DNA from: Planctomycetota bacterium
GTDB taxonomy: Bacteria > Planctomycetota > B15-G4 > SIAN01
Length of the DNA: 64,000 nucleotides
Assembly: GCA_016795285.1 (NCBI GenBank)
Contig: JAEUIC010000029.1
Coordinates: 133,518-197,517 of the forward strand
Direction of reading: 5' to 3'
Shown here: in pieces, positions 38,031-48,400 of the stretch
Layout of the letters: the number at the start of each line of letters is the position of its first letter
Position numbering within the stretch: the stretch's first letter is position 1
The notes under the pieces: generated by a model
The model's input: only the letters and a program-made list of their open reading frames with translations
Told to the model about the DNA's origin: nothing
Databases searched by the model: none
Translations under genes and position numbers: made by a program

Positions 38031-38231
38031 GACGAGGCTCCGGAACGGACCGACAAGACGGGTGGCGAGCAGGGATCGGCGCGCCGCGAACCGACGCGGC
38101 GCCGCACGGTACCGCTCTCACGGTACGACAGGGCGCCGCGCGAGTTGCATCGCCGCTGCCGTAACCTCGCGGCGGTGACGGCGCGCGCGACTCGCCGCTG
38201 ATCGCAATGCCACCCTCCGCAGGAGCCTTCC

Positions 38232-39737
38232 ATGTCCCGCTCGCTCTACAGTCTGCTGAAGCGCCGCCGCTCGCCGAAGGTCGATCTCGTGACGCGCCGC
38301 CAATGGCTGGCCAAGGTGGCGGCGGCGGGAGCGGCGCTGCTCGCGGGTGGGCTGGCCGGCGGGCTCGCGAGCGGCTGCGGCTCGCCGCGCGCGCGGCGCG
38401 TCGGCAAGCGGGTGGTCGTGGTGGGCGGCGGCTTCGCCGGCCTCGCGGCTGCCAGCGAGCTGATCGCCCGCGGCTACGACGTGACGCTGCTCGAGGCGCG
38501 CCATCGCGTCGGCGGGCGCGTGCTGTCGTTCCGCGACTTCCCCGCGGGGCGCGTCGTCGAGGGCGGCGGCGAGCTGATCGGCAGCAACCACCCGCTCTGG
38601 AACGCCTACGCGGAGCGGTTCGGCCTCGAGCTCACCGAGATCGTCGAGCCGGAGGAGGCGGAGTTCCCGGTGCTGCTCGACGGCGTGCGGCTCACCAGCG
38701 AGGAGTCGGACGCGCTGTGGGAAGAACTCGATGCAGCGGTGACGACGCTGAACGACGCGGCGCGCGCCATCGATGCCGAGCAGCCGTGGACGAGCCCCGA
38801 TGCGGCGGCGCTCGACGCGCGCTCGACGGCGGAGTGGCTCGCCGGGCTCGAGGTGTCGGCGCGCTGCAAGCGGGCACTGCAAGCGCAGTTCGAGGCCGAC
38901 AACGGCACGCCGATCGAGCGGCAGAGCCTCCTCGCCAACCTCGCGCAGATCAAGGGCGGCGGCGTCGAGAGCTACTGGACCGACAGCGAGACGCACCGCT
39001 GCAAGCCGGGCAACCAGGCGCTGGCGCTCGAGCTGGCGAAGACGGTCGTGGCGGATGGAGCGAGCCGCGTGCGGCTGGACGCGCCGGTGACGCGGATCGA
39101 CCACGGCGGCGCGGTCGCGAAGGTGACGCTCGCCGATGGCAGCGTGCTGGAGGCGGACGACGTCGTGCTGGCGTTGCCGCCCTCGCTCTGGAGCGCGATC
39201 GCCTTCGACGTCGCGCTGCCGGCAGCGCTCTCGGTGCAGATGAGCGTCAACGTGAAGTACCTCGCCGCGGTGAAGCGGCGCTTCTGGGAGGAGGCGGGTC
39301 TGGCGCCCGACGGCCTCACCGACGGGCTGATCGGCTGGACGTGGGAAGCGACCCATCGCCAGGAGGGCGCCGGCGACTTTGTGCTGACCGCCTTCTCGGG
39401 CGCCCGCGGCGCCGAGCAGGCGCGCGCGCTGCCGGCCGCCGGCCGCGACGCCGCCTACGCCGCCGCGCTCGAGCCGCTGCTGCCCGGCTTCACGGCCGAG
39501 TTCGTCGCCGCGCGCTTCATGGATTGGCCCGGCGATCCGCGCACGAAGGCGGGCTACTCGATGCCCGCGCCGGGTCAGCTGACGAGCGCGGGCCCGCTGC
39601 TGCGCGCCGGCCTCGGCAAGCTCCACTTCGCCGGCGAGCACTGCAGCCACGCCTTCGTCGGCTACATGGAGGGCGCGCTCCAATCGGGCGTCGCGGTCGC
39701 CAAGCGCCTCGCGGAGCGGGACGGCGTGGGGAGCTGA
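38232..39737 (+). CDS. Tat-exported flavin-containing amine oxidase (FAD-dependent oxidoreductase)
   Basis: Twin-arginine signal (TRRQWLAKVAAAGAALLAG). FAD dinucleotide-binding motif VVVVGGGFAGLAAASEL. Amine-oxidase-like C-terminus. Confidence 0.85.
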   Translation: MSRSLYSLLKRRRSPKVDLVTRRQWLAKVAAAGAALLAGGLAGGLASGCGSPRARRVGKRVVVVGGGFAGLAAASELIARGYDVTLLEARHRVGGRVLSFRDFPAGRVVEGGGELIGSNHPLWNAYAERFGLELTEIVEPEEAEFPVLLDGVRLTSEESDALWEELDAAVTTLNDAARAIDAEQPWTSPDAAALDARSTAEWLAGLEVSARCKRALQAQFEADNGTPIERQSLLANLAQIKGGGVESYWTDSETHRCKPGNQALALELAKTVVADGASRVRLDAPVTRIDHGGAVAKVTLADGSVLEADDVVLALPPSLWSAIAFDVALPAALSVQMSVNVKYLAAVKRRFWEEAGLAPDGLTDGLIGWTWEATHRQEGAGDFVLTAFSGARGAEQARALPAAGRDAAYAAALEPLLPGFTAEFVAARFMDWPGDPRTKAGYSMPAPGQLTSAGPLLRAGLGKLHFAGEHCSHAFVGYMEGALQSGVAVAKRLAERDGVGS

Positions 39738-39804
39738 GCGAAGGAGACTCCCCCGAGATGTGCGCTGGTCGTGCCGTCGCATCGACGGCCGACCTGGCGC
39801 CTCC

Positions 39805-41219
39805 TCACTCCGGCACCTTCCAGCGGCCGCCCTTGTCGGGGCCGATGCGTTCCAGGCGGCCTGCCTCGCGCAGCTTGCGGACGGCCCGCTCGATGGCACG
39901 CAGTGACTTGCCGAGCTGCGCCGCCACTTCGGGCAACGACAAGCCCGGGTCCGACCGGAGCAGCGACCGGATCGCTTCGGGCGTTTTCACCGGCGTTTTC
40001 ACCGGCGTTTTCACCGGCGCCTTCGGGGCCTTCCTCTGGGGCGCCGCCGCCAACAGGGAGAAGGTCACGACCACCGCGCGATCGCGAATCGACACGACCG
40101 GCGGCGTCAGGCCGCGCTCCTCCATCAGTCGCGCGATCTTGAGCGTGCCGCGGCCCCACGTCTCGATGATCCCGCGCCGATAGAAGGTGCGCGCGATCAT
40201 GGGGTTCCACGGCTTCGACTCGTGTTCGCGGAAGAGCGCCTCGGGCGTCAGGCCGAAGTGCAGCTCGCCGATCGAGATGATCTCGAGCCGATCGTCGTAG
40301 AGCGCGACGCTCACCGAGCCACCGCCGATCGCGTAGTCGCGATGCACGAAGGCGTTGGCGAGCGCCTCGCGCAACGCCTCCACCGGCAAGAGCGGGGTGT
40401 CCTCGCGCTCCATCCGGTCCGGAACGATGCGCCCCCGCACGGGCAACGACTCGATCAGGAAGCGCTCCGCACGGCGCATCAAGGCGAAGGCGTTGCCGTG
40501 GAACTGGCGGTGGTCGAGGAACTCGTCACGCGTCGTCCCTCGGAATCGCGCCACCTTGAGCAGCAGTTGCGGGAACTCGGGCAGGGGCACCTCCTCCGAA
40601 CAGAAGAGCGCCACTGCCGCCCGCGACACCCGATCGCCTTCGACCAGCAGCCCGAGTCCGCGCAGGATCTCGAGCGGCTCACGCGTCCCCGGATCATCGA
40701 TCCGGCCGCGACGGATCGCCTCCTCCAACGTGAGCACCAACTCGCGCCGATCGAGCCGCGTGATGTCGAATCCCGTGGCCGGTCGATTCTCCCAGCGCTC
40801 GGTCGCGTGCATCTCCTCCAGCAGCAACCGCTGGAAGGTCTCGCGCGGCATGACGCGAGTCGTGTTCAGCACCCGTTCGTACGCGACCCCACGGAAGGCG
40901 ATCGGAGCGCGAGGACTGTGCTGGGCGGAGAGCAGCAGCACCTCGCGCCCTCCGCCGATCGCGACGCGTTCCACTGTCGGAAAGAGCGGCGGCTCGAATC
41001 GCTGGACCTCCTGCGGAGCTCTTCGAGGGTGCGTTCGTTGACGATCTGCGCGACGACCTTCCCGGCTGGCGTCACGCCGATCACCACGCGCCCGCCTTCG
41101 CCGTTGGCGAACGCGCACACGGTGCGAAAGGCTCGCTCCTTCTCCGCCGTCGACTTCTTGAACTCGAGCGTCGCCGACTCGCCGGCGGCGGCCAAGTCCG
41201 CGAGTTGATCGGGATTCAC
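39805..41219 (-). pseudogene. Schlafen/AlbA_2-like domain plus HATPase_c_4-like ATP-binding domain plus C-terminal wHTH protein (often annotated as 'RecG-like / putative transcriptional regulator'), interrupted by a frameshift near 41001..41023
   Basis: The N-terminal AlbA_2 signature (ESATLEFKKS...ERAFRTVCAFANGEGGRVVIGVTPAGKVVAQIVNERTLEE) is in ORF 40866..41219. The rest (QEVQRFEPPLFPTVERVAIGGG...IAFRGVAYERV...HATPase-like...wHTH) is in ORF 39805..41118, in a different frame. The switch occurs within gaagagctccgcaggaggtccag. A KAPKAPVKTPVKTPVKTP repeat is present. Confidence 0.6.
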
Positions 41220-41256
41220 GGAACGACGCTCTCGGCCGCGGAGTCGGTGCCCCCGC

Positions 41257-42147
41257 TCATGGCGCGACCGCCTCCGCTTCCTGCAACTCCCTGAGCGTAC
41301 GCCCCTTGGCGTCCTTCCACTCCACGCGCCCGTTGGAGGATCGACCGAGCAGCACCCCTGCCGCGGTCGATGGCGAATTGAACGTGTAGTCCTGGGTCAT
41401 TCGATAACCCGCGCCCGCTGCCTCCAACACCCCTTGCGCCAACAGGGACCGCCGCAGCTCGACGAGGTAGCCGTGGATCGACGCGACCTCGTCCTTCACG
41501 GCCCGCGATCCTGCGCGCACGACGAATCCCGCGCTCCCATCGGCACCGCGCGCCTGGATGCCCTTGGCTTCGAGGAACAGTTCGCGCGACAGGCCGGCGT
41601 CGGCGCTCGGCTCGTCGAACAAGCCCACGCCCACGACCGGCAGGCAGAGCAGCAGGTCACCGAGGAACCCCTCGGCGTCGGCGGCGTCGGCCTCCGAGAG
41701 CGTCGGCAGCTGCGGCTTGTTGCCGTTGTCGAGTTCGGCGCGCTTGGCCGCGCTCGCCAGCGCCACCAGCCGTGCTTCGAGGTACTGCACGTGCGCCTTG
41801 TTGAGGTTCTGGTCCTTGCTGGTGAACAGGCAGGCGTGCGTCCAGAAGTCCTTCAGCTTGGCGTGCTCGACGAGTCGCGACAGCACTGGATCGCCCTCGC
41901 CGACATAGAGCCGTGGCAGCTGTGACGACTCGCCCGGCCCCCACAGGAGGTAGACACCGGTTCGCTTCAACTCGACCCGCGAGCGAACCTCGACGAACTG
42001 CGCGCGCGGGAAGACGAGCCCCTGCCCCGTCCAGTTGGACTTCTCGACGATGCGCAACGCCTCCGGATCGCCCGACGGAAGGAAGATGCGCACGGAGAAG
42101 CCGATGGGGGCGGCCAGTCCTTCGTGCGCCCCTTGCTTTCGAGGCAT
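41257..42147 (-). CDS. GIY-YIG nuclease-family protein with a C-terminal DUF4357-like domain
   Basis: GIY-YIG core (GVYLLWGPGE ... LYVGEGDPVLSRLVEH). The C-terminal region (GFVVRAGSRAVKDEVASIHGYLVELRRSLLAQGVLE...YRMTQDYTFNSPSTAAGVLLGRSSNGRVEWKD) resembles DUF4357 from memory. Start at MPRKQ. Confidence 0.6.
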   Translation of the reverse strand: MPRKQGAHEGLAAPIGFSVRIFLPSGDPEALRIVEKSNWTGQGLVFPRAQFVEVRSRVELKRTGVYLLWGPGESSQLPRLYVGEGDPVLSRLVEHAKLKDFWTHACLFTSKDQNLNKAHVQYLEARLVALASAAKRAELDNGNKPQLPTLSEADAADAEGFLGDLLLCLPVVGVGLFDEPSADAGLSRELFLEAKGIQARGADGSAGFVVRAGSRAVKDEVASIHGYLVELRRSLLAQGVLEAAGAGYRMTQDYTFNSPSTAAGVLLGRSSNGRVEWKDAKGRTLRELQEAEAVAP

Positions 42148-42240
42148 CGTGCACCTCTCCCGTCGTGGCGACCGTTCGGGCACGAACTGTATCAGCGCCG
42201 AACCGCTCGTCGCGCGGCGCCGCGCGCAACGCCGCGCCGC

Positions 42241-43029
42241 TCACGCCGGCTTGCGTGCGACGCGCAAGTGGAGCGGCCAGCGGACGGGGCGCGGGCGCTG
42301 CGGGTCGCCCCACGCGCGCGCCAACTGCGGGGTCAGCGCGACGAGCGGATCGCTGCCGGTGCGGCGGCGCTGCTGCTGCACGGCCGACCAAGTGGCGAGG
42401 TAGCCGAGCAGGCCCGCGAGCGAGAGCTCCTGCTCGATGGCGACGCGCGGCAGAGCGGCCGTGATCTCGGCGGTGATCTCGGCGAAGGGCAGCGCGAGGT
42501 CGCGGTAGCCGTTCATCACCAGCGCGCGCGGCGGCGGCCAATCGGGGGCGAGCGTCCCGTCGTGGAGCTCGCGCACCAGCGCGTCGATCGGCGGCGCGAC
42601 CTCGAGCAGGCTGTAGCACCAGAGCGCCAGCACGCCGCCCGGCGCCAGCACTCGCGCCACCGTCGCGTAGAAGCGCGGCAGATCGAACCAGTGGGCCGCC
42701 TGCGCGACGGCGACGAGATCGAAGGAGGCGTCGGCGAGGTCGCGCGGCTCGCCGTCAGCGTCGTTGGCGAGATGGCGATACGTGACGCGCGGGTGGGGCG
42801 TCGCTTGCGCGAGCTGCTCCGCGCTGACGTCGGTCGCCAGCACGCGCTCGAAGTGGTCGGCGAGCCCGAGCGCCGCCTGCCCGTTGCCGGTGCCGCAGTC
42901 CCACGCCGCTCGCCGCGCCGGCGCGCGCTCCGCCAATGCCGCGAAGAGCGCCGCCGGGTAGCGCGGCCGGAACTCGGCATAGGCGGCCGCGTGGCCGGAG
43001 AAGAGGGAGTCGAAGCTCGGGTTGGCCAT
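42241..43029 (-). CDS. Class I SAM-dependent methyltransferase
   Basis: Motif I AWDCGTGNGQAALGLA. 262 aa. Confidence 0.85.
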   Translation of the reverse strand: MANPSFDSLFSGHAAAYAEFRPRYPAALFAALAERAPARRAAWDCGTGNGQAALGLADHFERVLATDVSAEQLAQATPHPRVTYRHLANDADGEPRDLADASFDLVAVAQAAHWFDLPRFYATVARVLAPGGVLALWCYSLLEVAPPIDALVRELHDGTLAPDWPPPRALVMNGYRDLALPFAEITAEITAALPRVAIEQELSLAGLLGYLATWSAVQQQRRRTGSDPLVALTPQLARAWGDPQRPRPVRWPLHLRVARKPA

Positions 43030-43036
43030 CGCGCCG

Positions 43037-44515
43037 CTACTCCTCGAACTCGACCTGCCCGCGCCGCCACTCGGGCGGCAGCGGCTCGGTGAGGGGGACG
43101 ATCCACGGCGCGGGGGCGAGCGAGCGCTCCACGGCGGCGAGGTCGACGTTCGGATCGATCAGCGGCTGCGCATCGCGGCCGTTCAGCGAGCAGTCGACGA
43201 TGGCGCGGACTTGCGGGCGGCGCGCGGCGCCGGTGGCGGGATCGACGACCGTGTAGCGGCGCGCGAGGTGGTGGGCGTACTGCAGCACCATCTCGGGGCG
43301 ATCGCCCATCTTCTGCGCCTGCCAGTCGGCGAGCTCGGCGCGCGGGTCGACGATTCGCCGCTCGCCGGTGACGGGATCGGTGACGACGAAGTGGGCGCTC
43401 GACGTCTTGCTGCGCAGCTTCATGTGCCACGCGAAGAGGTGCCCCTCCTCGGTCCAGCTGACATTGCCGGGGTAGAGGAAGTGGCGCAGCGGGAAGAGCA
43501 GTTGGTAGGCGAGCCAGAGCGCCACGAGCGCGAGCGTGGCGCGCGCGAGCCGCGGCGGCGCGGCGGTGGCGAACGCGGCGAGCGGCCGCTCGACCGTCGT
43601 CTCGCCCTCGCGTCGCGCGAGCGCCTGGAAGACCCCCGAGTCGTAGCCGAACAGCGCGCGCGCCTCCGCCTGCTCCTGCCGCTGCCAGCCGCCGCGCCAG
43701 CGCGCGAGCCAGCGGCTCGGCCAATCGGGCGCGAAGAAGAGCGTCGTCGCGGCGATCGCCATCCACGGGAAGATGCCGATGTCGAAGAGGCAGGCGTTCA
43801 GCAGGTGGAAGCAGCAGAGCGCCGCGAACATCGCCACGCGCGTGCGCCGCCAGCAGAGGAGCGGCACCGCCAGCAGGTCGAGCAGCAGCCCCGACCAGCT
43901 CATGAACCACGGCGTCGCCGGATGGAGCAGCAGCGGGCCGATCAGCGGCAGCTCGCCGCGCCCCTTGAGCCACTGGCGCAACGGCTCGCCCTGCAGCCAG
44001 TCGCCGTTCACCTTCGCCAGCGCCGCGTAGCCGTAGACGATCAGCAGTTGCGCGCGCAGCAGGAAGAGCGCGAGGGACGGCGCCGGCCGGCGACCGCGCA
44101 GCGCCGCGCGCAGCGACCACTCCCCATCGGTCGGCACCCACGCCAGCAAGAGCAGCAGCAGGAGCACCAGATAGAAGTGGTTCAGGTAGCGCGCCTGCTC
44201 GAGCAGGAAGACCCAGCCGAAGCCGACGAAGAAGAGCGCCGCTGCGGTGCGCGTCCACCAGCCGACGGCGATCAGCGCCGCCAAGACGCCAAGCGCCGCG
44301 AACAGCGCCTGCAACCCCTCGAGCGACGGCCGCTCGACCCACTCGAAGCCGAAGTAGCGGAAGTGGAACGGCGGCGCGACGTAGTGCGCCTCGATCCAGC
44401 CGGCCGAGAAGAAGCGCGTCACCTCCCACAGCAGGATCGCGCCGAACGCGATGCGGAAGAAGGCGAGCGACGCGGCCGGGATCGGCGCGGCCAGCAACCG
44501 GCGTAGTCGTTCCAT
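43037..44515 (-). CDS. HTTM-domain (vitamin K-dependent gamma-carboxylase-like) integral membrane protein
   Basis: N-terminal HTTM signature (ASLAFFRIAFGAILLWEVTRFF...) and multiple TMs. Start at MERLRRLL; the upstream 25 codons in the ORF track lie within a tandem duplication. Confidence 0.7.
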   Translation of the reverse strand: MERLRRLLAAPIPAASLAFFRIAFGAILLWEVTRFFSAGWIEAHYVAPPFHFRYFGFEWVERPSLEGLQALFAALGVLAALIAVGWWTRTAAALFFVGFGWVFLLEQARYLNHFYLVLLLLLLLAWVPTDGEWSLRAALRGRRPAPSLALFLLRAQLLIVYGYAALAKVNGDWLQGEPLRQWLKGRGELPLIGPLLLHPATPWFMSWSGLLLDLLAVPLLCWRRTRVAMFAALCCFHLLNACLFDIGIFPWMAIAATTLFFAPDWPSRWLARWRGGWQRQEQAEARALFGYDSGVFQALARREGETTVERPLAAFATAAPPRLARATLALVALWLAYQLLFPLRHFLYPGNVSWTEEGHLFAWHMKLRSKTSSAHFVVTDPVTGERRIVDPRAELADWQAQKMGDRPEMVLQYAHHLARRYTVVDPATGAARRPQVRAIVDCSLNGRDAQPLIDPNVDLAAVERSLAPAPWIVPLTEPLPPEWRRGQVEFEE

Positions 44516-44593
44516 CGAGCGGACCCATCCGCGGCCGCCGTCGTCGGCGACCGCCACATCTCCGCGGCCGCCGTCGTCGGCGACGGCCATATC

Positions 44594-45229
44594 TCAGCGC
44601 ATCTTCGTCTGGTTCTGCACCTCGACGAGCTTGCCGTGGAGGTCGAGCACGAAGGTGAGCGTCGCTCCCGGCCGCAGCCGCGCCACGCCATCGCCGCCGA
44701 TCCGCTCCTGCGCGTAGCGCACCAGGATGAAGTGCTCCTCGTGGTCGATCGCGTCGAAGCGAAGCGTCCCCGCCTCGGGCGGCAGCGCGAAGAGCTGCGG
44801 GTTGCCTGACAGCACTTGCTCGGTGAAGAGGCGGATCTGCGGATCGCCGAAGACGCCGGGGCCGAGCTGCCGCGACAGCGAGAAGCCCTTGATGGCGATC
44901 AGGCCGGCGATCGGCGCCGCGTCGGGCTCCTGCGACTCGATCTGCTGGTAGTCGCGCAGCGTCCAGTCGACCGCGCCCTTGGCGCCGCCGACTCCGGCCG
45001 CGCTCGAGGAGCCGTCGTCGTCATCGCAGTCGTCGTCGTCGTCGTCCCAGCCGTCGTCGTCGTCGTCGAACCAGCCGTCGTCATCGTCGTCGTAGTAGTC
45101 GTCGTCGCAGCCGGTGCGGACGCTGCAGCTCGCGCCGCCGAGCGCGCCCGCTGCGAGCACGAGGACCGCCACCTTGGCGAGTGTCCGCCACCCGCTGCCG
45201 ATCGCGCCGCCCATCCCACCGCCCATCCC
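44594..45229 (-). CDS. Lipoprotein with an extreme poly-Asp tract
   Basis: Signal and lipobox-like sequence (LVLAAGALGGASCS), then CDDDYYDDDDDGWFDDDDDGWDDDDDDCDDDDGSSS, then a beta-rich domain of about 130 aa. Start is approximate. Confidence 0.5.
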   Translation of the reverse strand, partial: GMGGGMGGAIGSGWRTLAKVAVLVLAAGALGGASCSVRTGCDDDYYDDDDDGWFDDDDDGWDDDDDDCDDDDGSSSAAGVGGAKGAVDWTLRDYQQIESQEPDAAPIAGLIAIKGFSLSRQLGPGVFGDPQIRLFTEQVLSGNPQLFALPPEAGTLRFDAIDHEEHFILVRYAQERIGGDGVARLRPGATLTFVLDLHGKLVEVQNQTKMR

Positions 45230-45455
45230 ACCGCTCGCCACGTCGCGCTCCTCGCCTGCCTCTTCGCGCCCCCGCATCGCCGGGGGCCTCTCCGCCCTCG
45301 GCCGGCCATCAGAGCAACCGAAGGGCCATGCGGTTGCAACCGCCTTGCCCACCGTCGAGCGTGCGCCCCACTGCCCTCGCGCCCGCTCGGAACGCAAGAT
45401 GGCGCGCCCCGCGGCGCTCCGCCGGCCGCCCACCGTCCCAGAAGAGGGAAGCAAG

Positions 45456-48400
45456 ATGCGCAACCGTCTCGTCCGCGTAACGCTCGCCGCCACGACCGTC
45501 GCTGCGTCGTCCGCTACGCAGCTGCTGGCGCAAGCCGCGCCACCGACCGCGCCTCCGGCCAAGCCGCTGCCGAGCTTCACGACGACGCGCCTTTCCGATC
45601 AGTTCCTGTGCGAAGGCGCTTCGTTCGGCGACTTCAACAACGACGGCGACGGCGACGTCGTCTCCGGTCCCTACTGGTACGCGGGGCCCGACTTCAAGCA
45701 GCGCTTCGAGATCGCGGAGCCGACGGCCTACGACCCGCTCGGCTACTCGAAGAACTTCTTCGCCTTCCCCTACGACTTCGATCGCGACGGCTGGCTCGAC
45801 GTCTTCTTCGTCGGCTTCCCCGGCGAGCGGGCGTGGTGGGCGCAGAACCCGAAGGGCGAGGCGCGCCGCTGGATCGAGCACGACGTCTTCCCGATCGTCG
45901 ACAACGAGTCGCCCTGGTTCACCGACGTCACCGGCGACGGCCAGCCCGAGCTCGTCTGCATCAGCAAGGGGGCGTGGGGCTACGCGACCTTCGACGCGAA
46001 GGAACCGACGAAGCCGTGGACCTTCCACGCGATCTCGCCCGACCTCGGGCTGCAGCGCTTCACGCACGGGCTCGGCGTCGGCGACGTGAACGGCGACGGC
46101 CGGCCGGACCTGCTCGAGCGCACCGGCTGGTGGGAACAGCCGAAGTCGCTCGCCGGCGATCCGCTCTGGACCAAGCACGACTTCCCCTTCTCCACCGGCC
46201 ACGGCGGCGCGCAGATGCTGGTGGACGACGTCGACGGCGATGGCGACGCCGACGTCATCTCGAGCCTGAACGCCCACGCGTGGGGCCTCTCCTGGTTCGA
46301 GCAGGTGAAGGACGCTGCGGCCGGCGGCGCGATCACCTTCCTCGAGCACCGCCTGATGAACGAGCCGAGCGAGCCGCACCCCGAGGGGTGCTGCTTCTCC
46401 GAGCTGCACGCGCTGGCGCAGGCCGATGTCGACGGCGACGGGCTGAAGGACTTCGTCACCGGCAAGCGCTTCTGGGCGCACGGGCCGACCGGCTCGCCGG
46501 GCGCGGGTGATCCGGCACTGCTGGTCTGGTGGCAGCTGGTGCGGCGGACCGCGGGCGGCGCGGCGGGCCAGAGCGGCGCGGCGACCTTCGTCCCCCACAC
46601 GATGTATGACGACAGCGGCGTCGGCGTGCAGGTGGTCGCCGGCGACATCAACGGCGACGGCAAGTGCGACGTCGTGGTCGGCAACAAGAAGGGGACGTTC
46701 GTCACGCTGCAGGACGACGAAGTCACCCGGACGAATCGCGCGCTGCAGAAGCGGATCGAGGAGGTGCTGGACGAGAAGAAGCGCGAGATGGACAAGGTGC
46801 GCGGCGGGCTCGCGCCGCAAGCTGCCGCGCCGCAAGCCGCCGCCCCTGCGCGCCGCCATCCGGGCCGCGACGACGGCACGCTGCCGCTCGGCCTCGACGG
46901 CAAGCCGCTCAACAGCGACTTCGAGACGGGCGATCTGCGCGACTGGACGGCCACCGGCACCGCCTTCGAGGGGCAGCCGATCCGCGGCGACTCGCCGGCG
47001 CGCCGCAATCGCGAGTCGAGCCTCCACGAAGGCGACTTCTGGATCGGCGGCTACGAGAAGCACGGCGACGACCCGCAGGGGACGCTGCTCTCGGCGCCGT
47101 TCCGCGTGACGCAGCCGTTCGCCAGCTTCCTGATCGGCGGCGGCCCGCACGCGACCACCGTCGTCGAGCTGCTGCGCTGCGACGACGCCGGCGCGCCGCT
47201 CGACACGCCCCCCTTCTTCCGCTGCTTCGGCGCCGGCTTCGAGTCGATGCAGCCGATCGTCGTCGACCTCGCCCGCGAGCAGGGCAAGACGATCCGCCTC
47301 CGCCTCACCGACGCGCAGGGCGGCCACTGGGGCCACTTGAACTTCGACGACTTCCGCCTCCACGCGAAGCGCCCCGACGTGAAGCGGCCGGCCAACGTCC
47401 CGCTGATCCTCGAGCCCGATCCGCCGATCGCCGACGGCCTCGCGCCGCAGGACGCGGCGAAGGCGATGAGCGTCGCGCCTGGCTTCCAGGTCGACCTGAT
47501 CGCCGCCGAGCCCGACCTCCACCAGCCGATCGCGCTCTGCATCGACGGGAAGGGGCGCCTCTGGGTGGTCGAGGCGCACAGCTACCCGCAGCGCGAACCG
47601 GAGGGCCAGGGCAAGGACCTCGTCGTGGTCTTCGAGGATCGCGACCAGGACGGGCGCTTCGAGACGCGCACCGAGTTCATGAAGGGGCTGAACCTCGTCT
47701 CCGGCCTCGAGGTCGGGTTCGGCGGCGTATTCATCGGCGCGTCGCCGTGGCTCCTCTTCGTGCCCGACGCGAACGACGACCTCGTCCCCGACGGCGAGCC
47801 GCAAGTGCTGCTCGACGGCTGGCACTGGGAGGACACCCACGAGACGCTGAACGCCTTCGCGTGGGGCCCCGACGGCTGGCTCTACGGCTGCCACGGCGTC
47901 TTCACCCACTCGCGCGTCGGCAAGCCGGGCACGCCTGACGACCAGCGCATCCCGTTGAACGCCGCGGTGTGGCGCTTCCATCCGACGCGCCACGACTTCG
48001 AGATCTTCGCGCAGGGCACCAGCAACCCGTGGGGGCTCGACTGGAACGACCACGGCGAGGCGTTCGTCAGCGCCTGCGTGATCCCCCACCTCTTCCACCT
48101 GGTGCCGGGCGGCCGCTACATCCGCCAGGCCGGCAGCCACTTCAATCCCTACACCTACGTCGAGATCGACACGATCGCCGACCACCCGCACTACCCCGGC
48201 AACGACCCGTGGGGTGCCAACGGTCGCAGCCACGCCTTCGGCGGCGGCCACGCCCACTGCGGCGCGCTGATCTACTTGGCCGACGCCTTCCCCGCCGAGT
48301 ACCGCAACTCGATCTTCATGGGGAACATCCACGGCAATCGCGTGAACCGCGACCTGTTGGAACCGCAGGGCTCGGGCTACGTCGGCCACCACGGCCAGGA

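Noticed and set aside
45114-45455. 5' extension of the giant PVC-type protein ORF
   Set aside because: The extension is Pro/Ser/Arg-rich and antisense to the poly-Asp lipoprotein gene. The MRNRLVRV signal peptide with an upstream AGAAGAGGGAAG RBS marks the true start.
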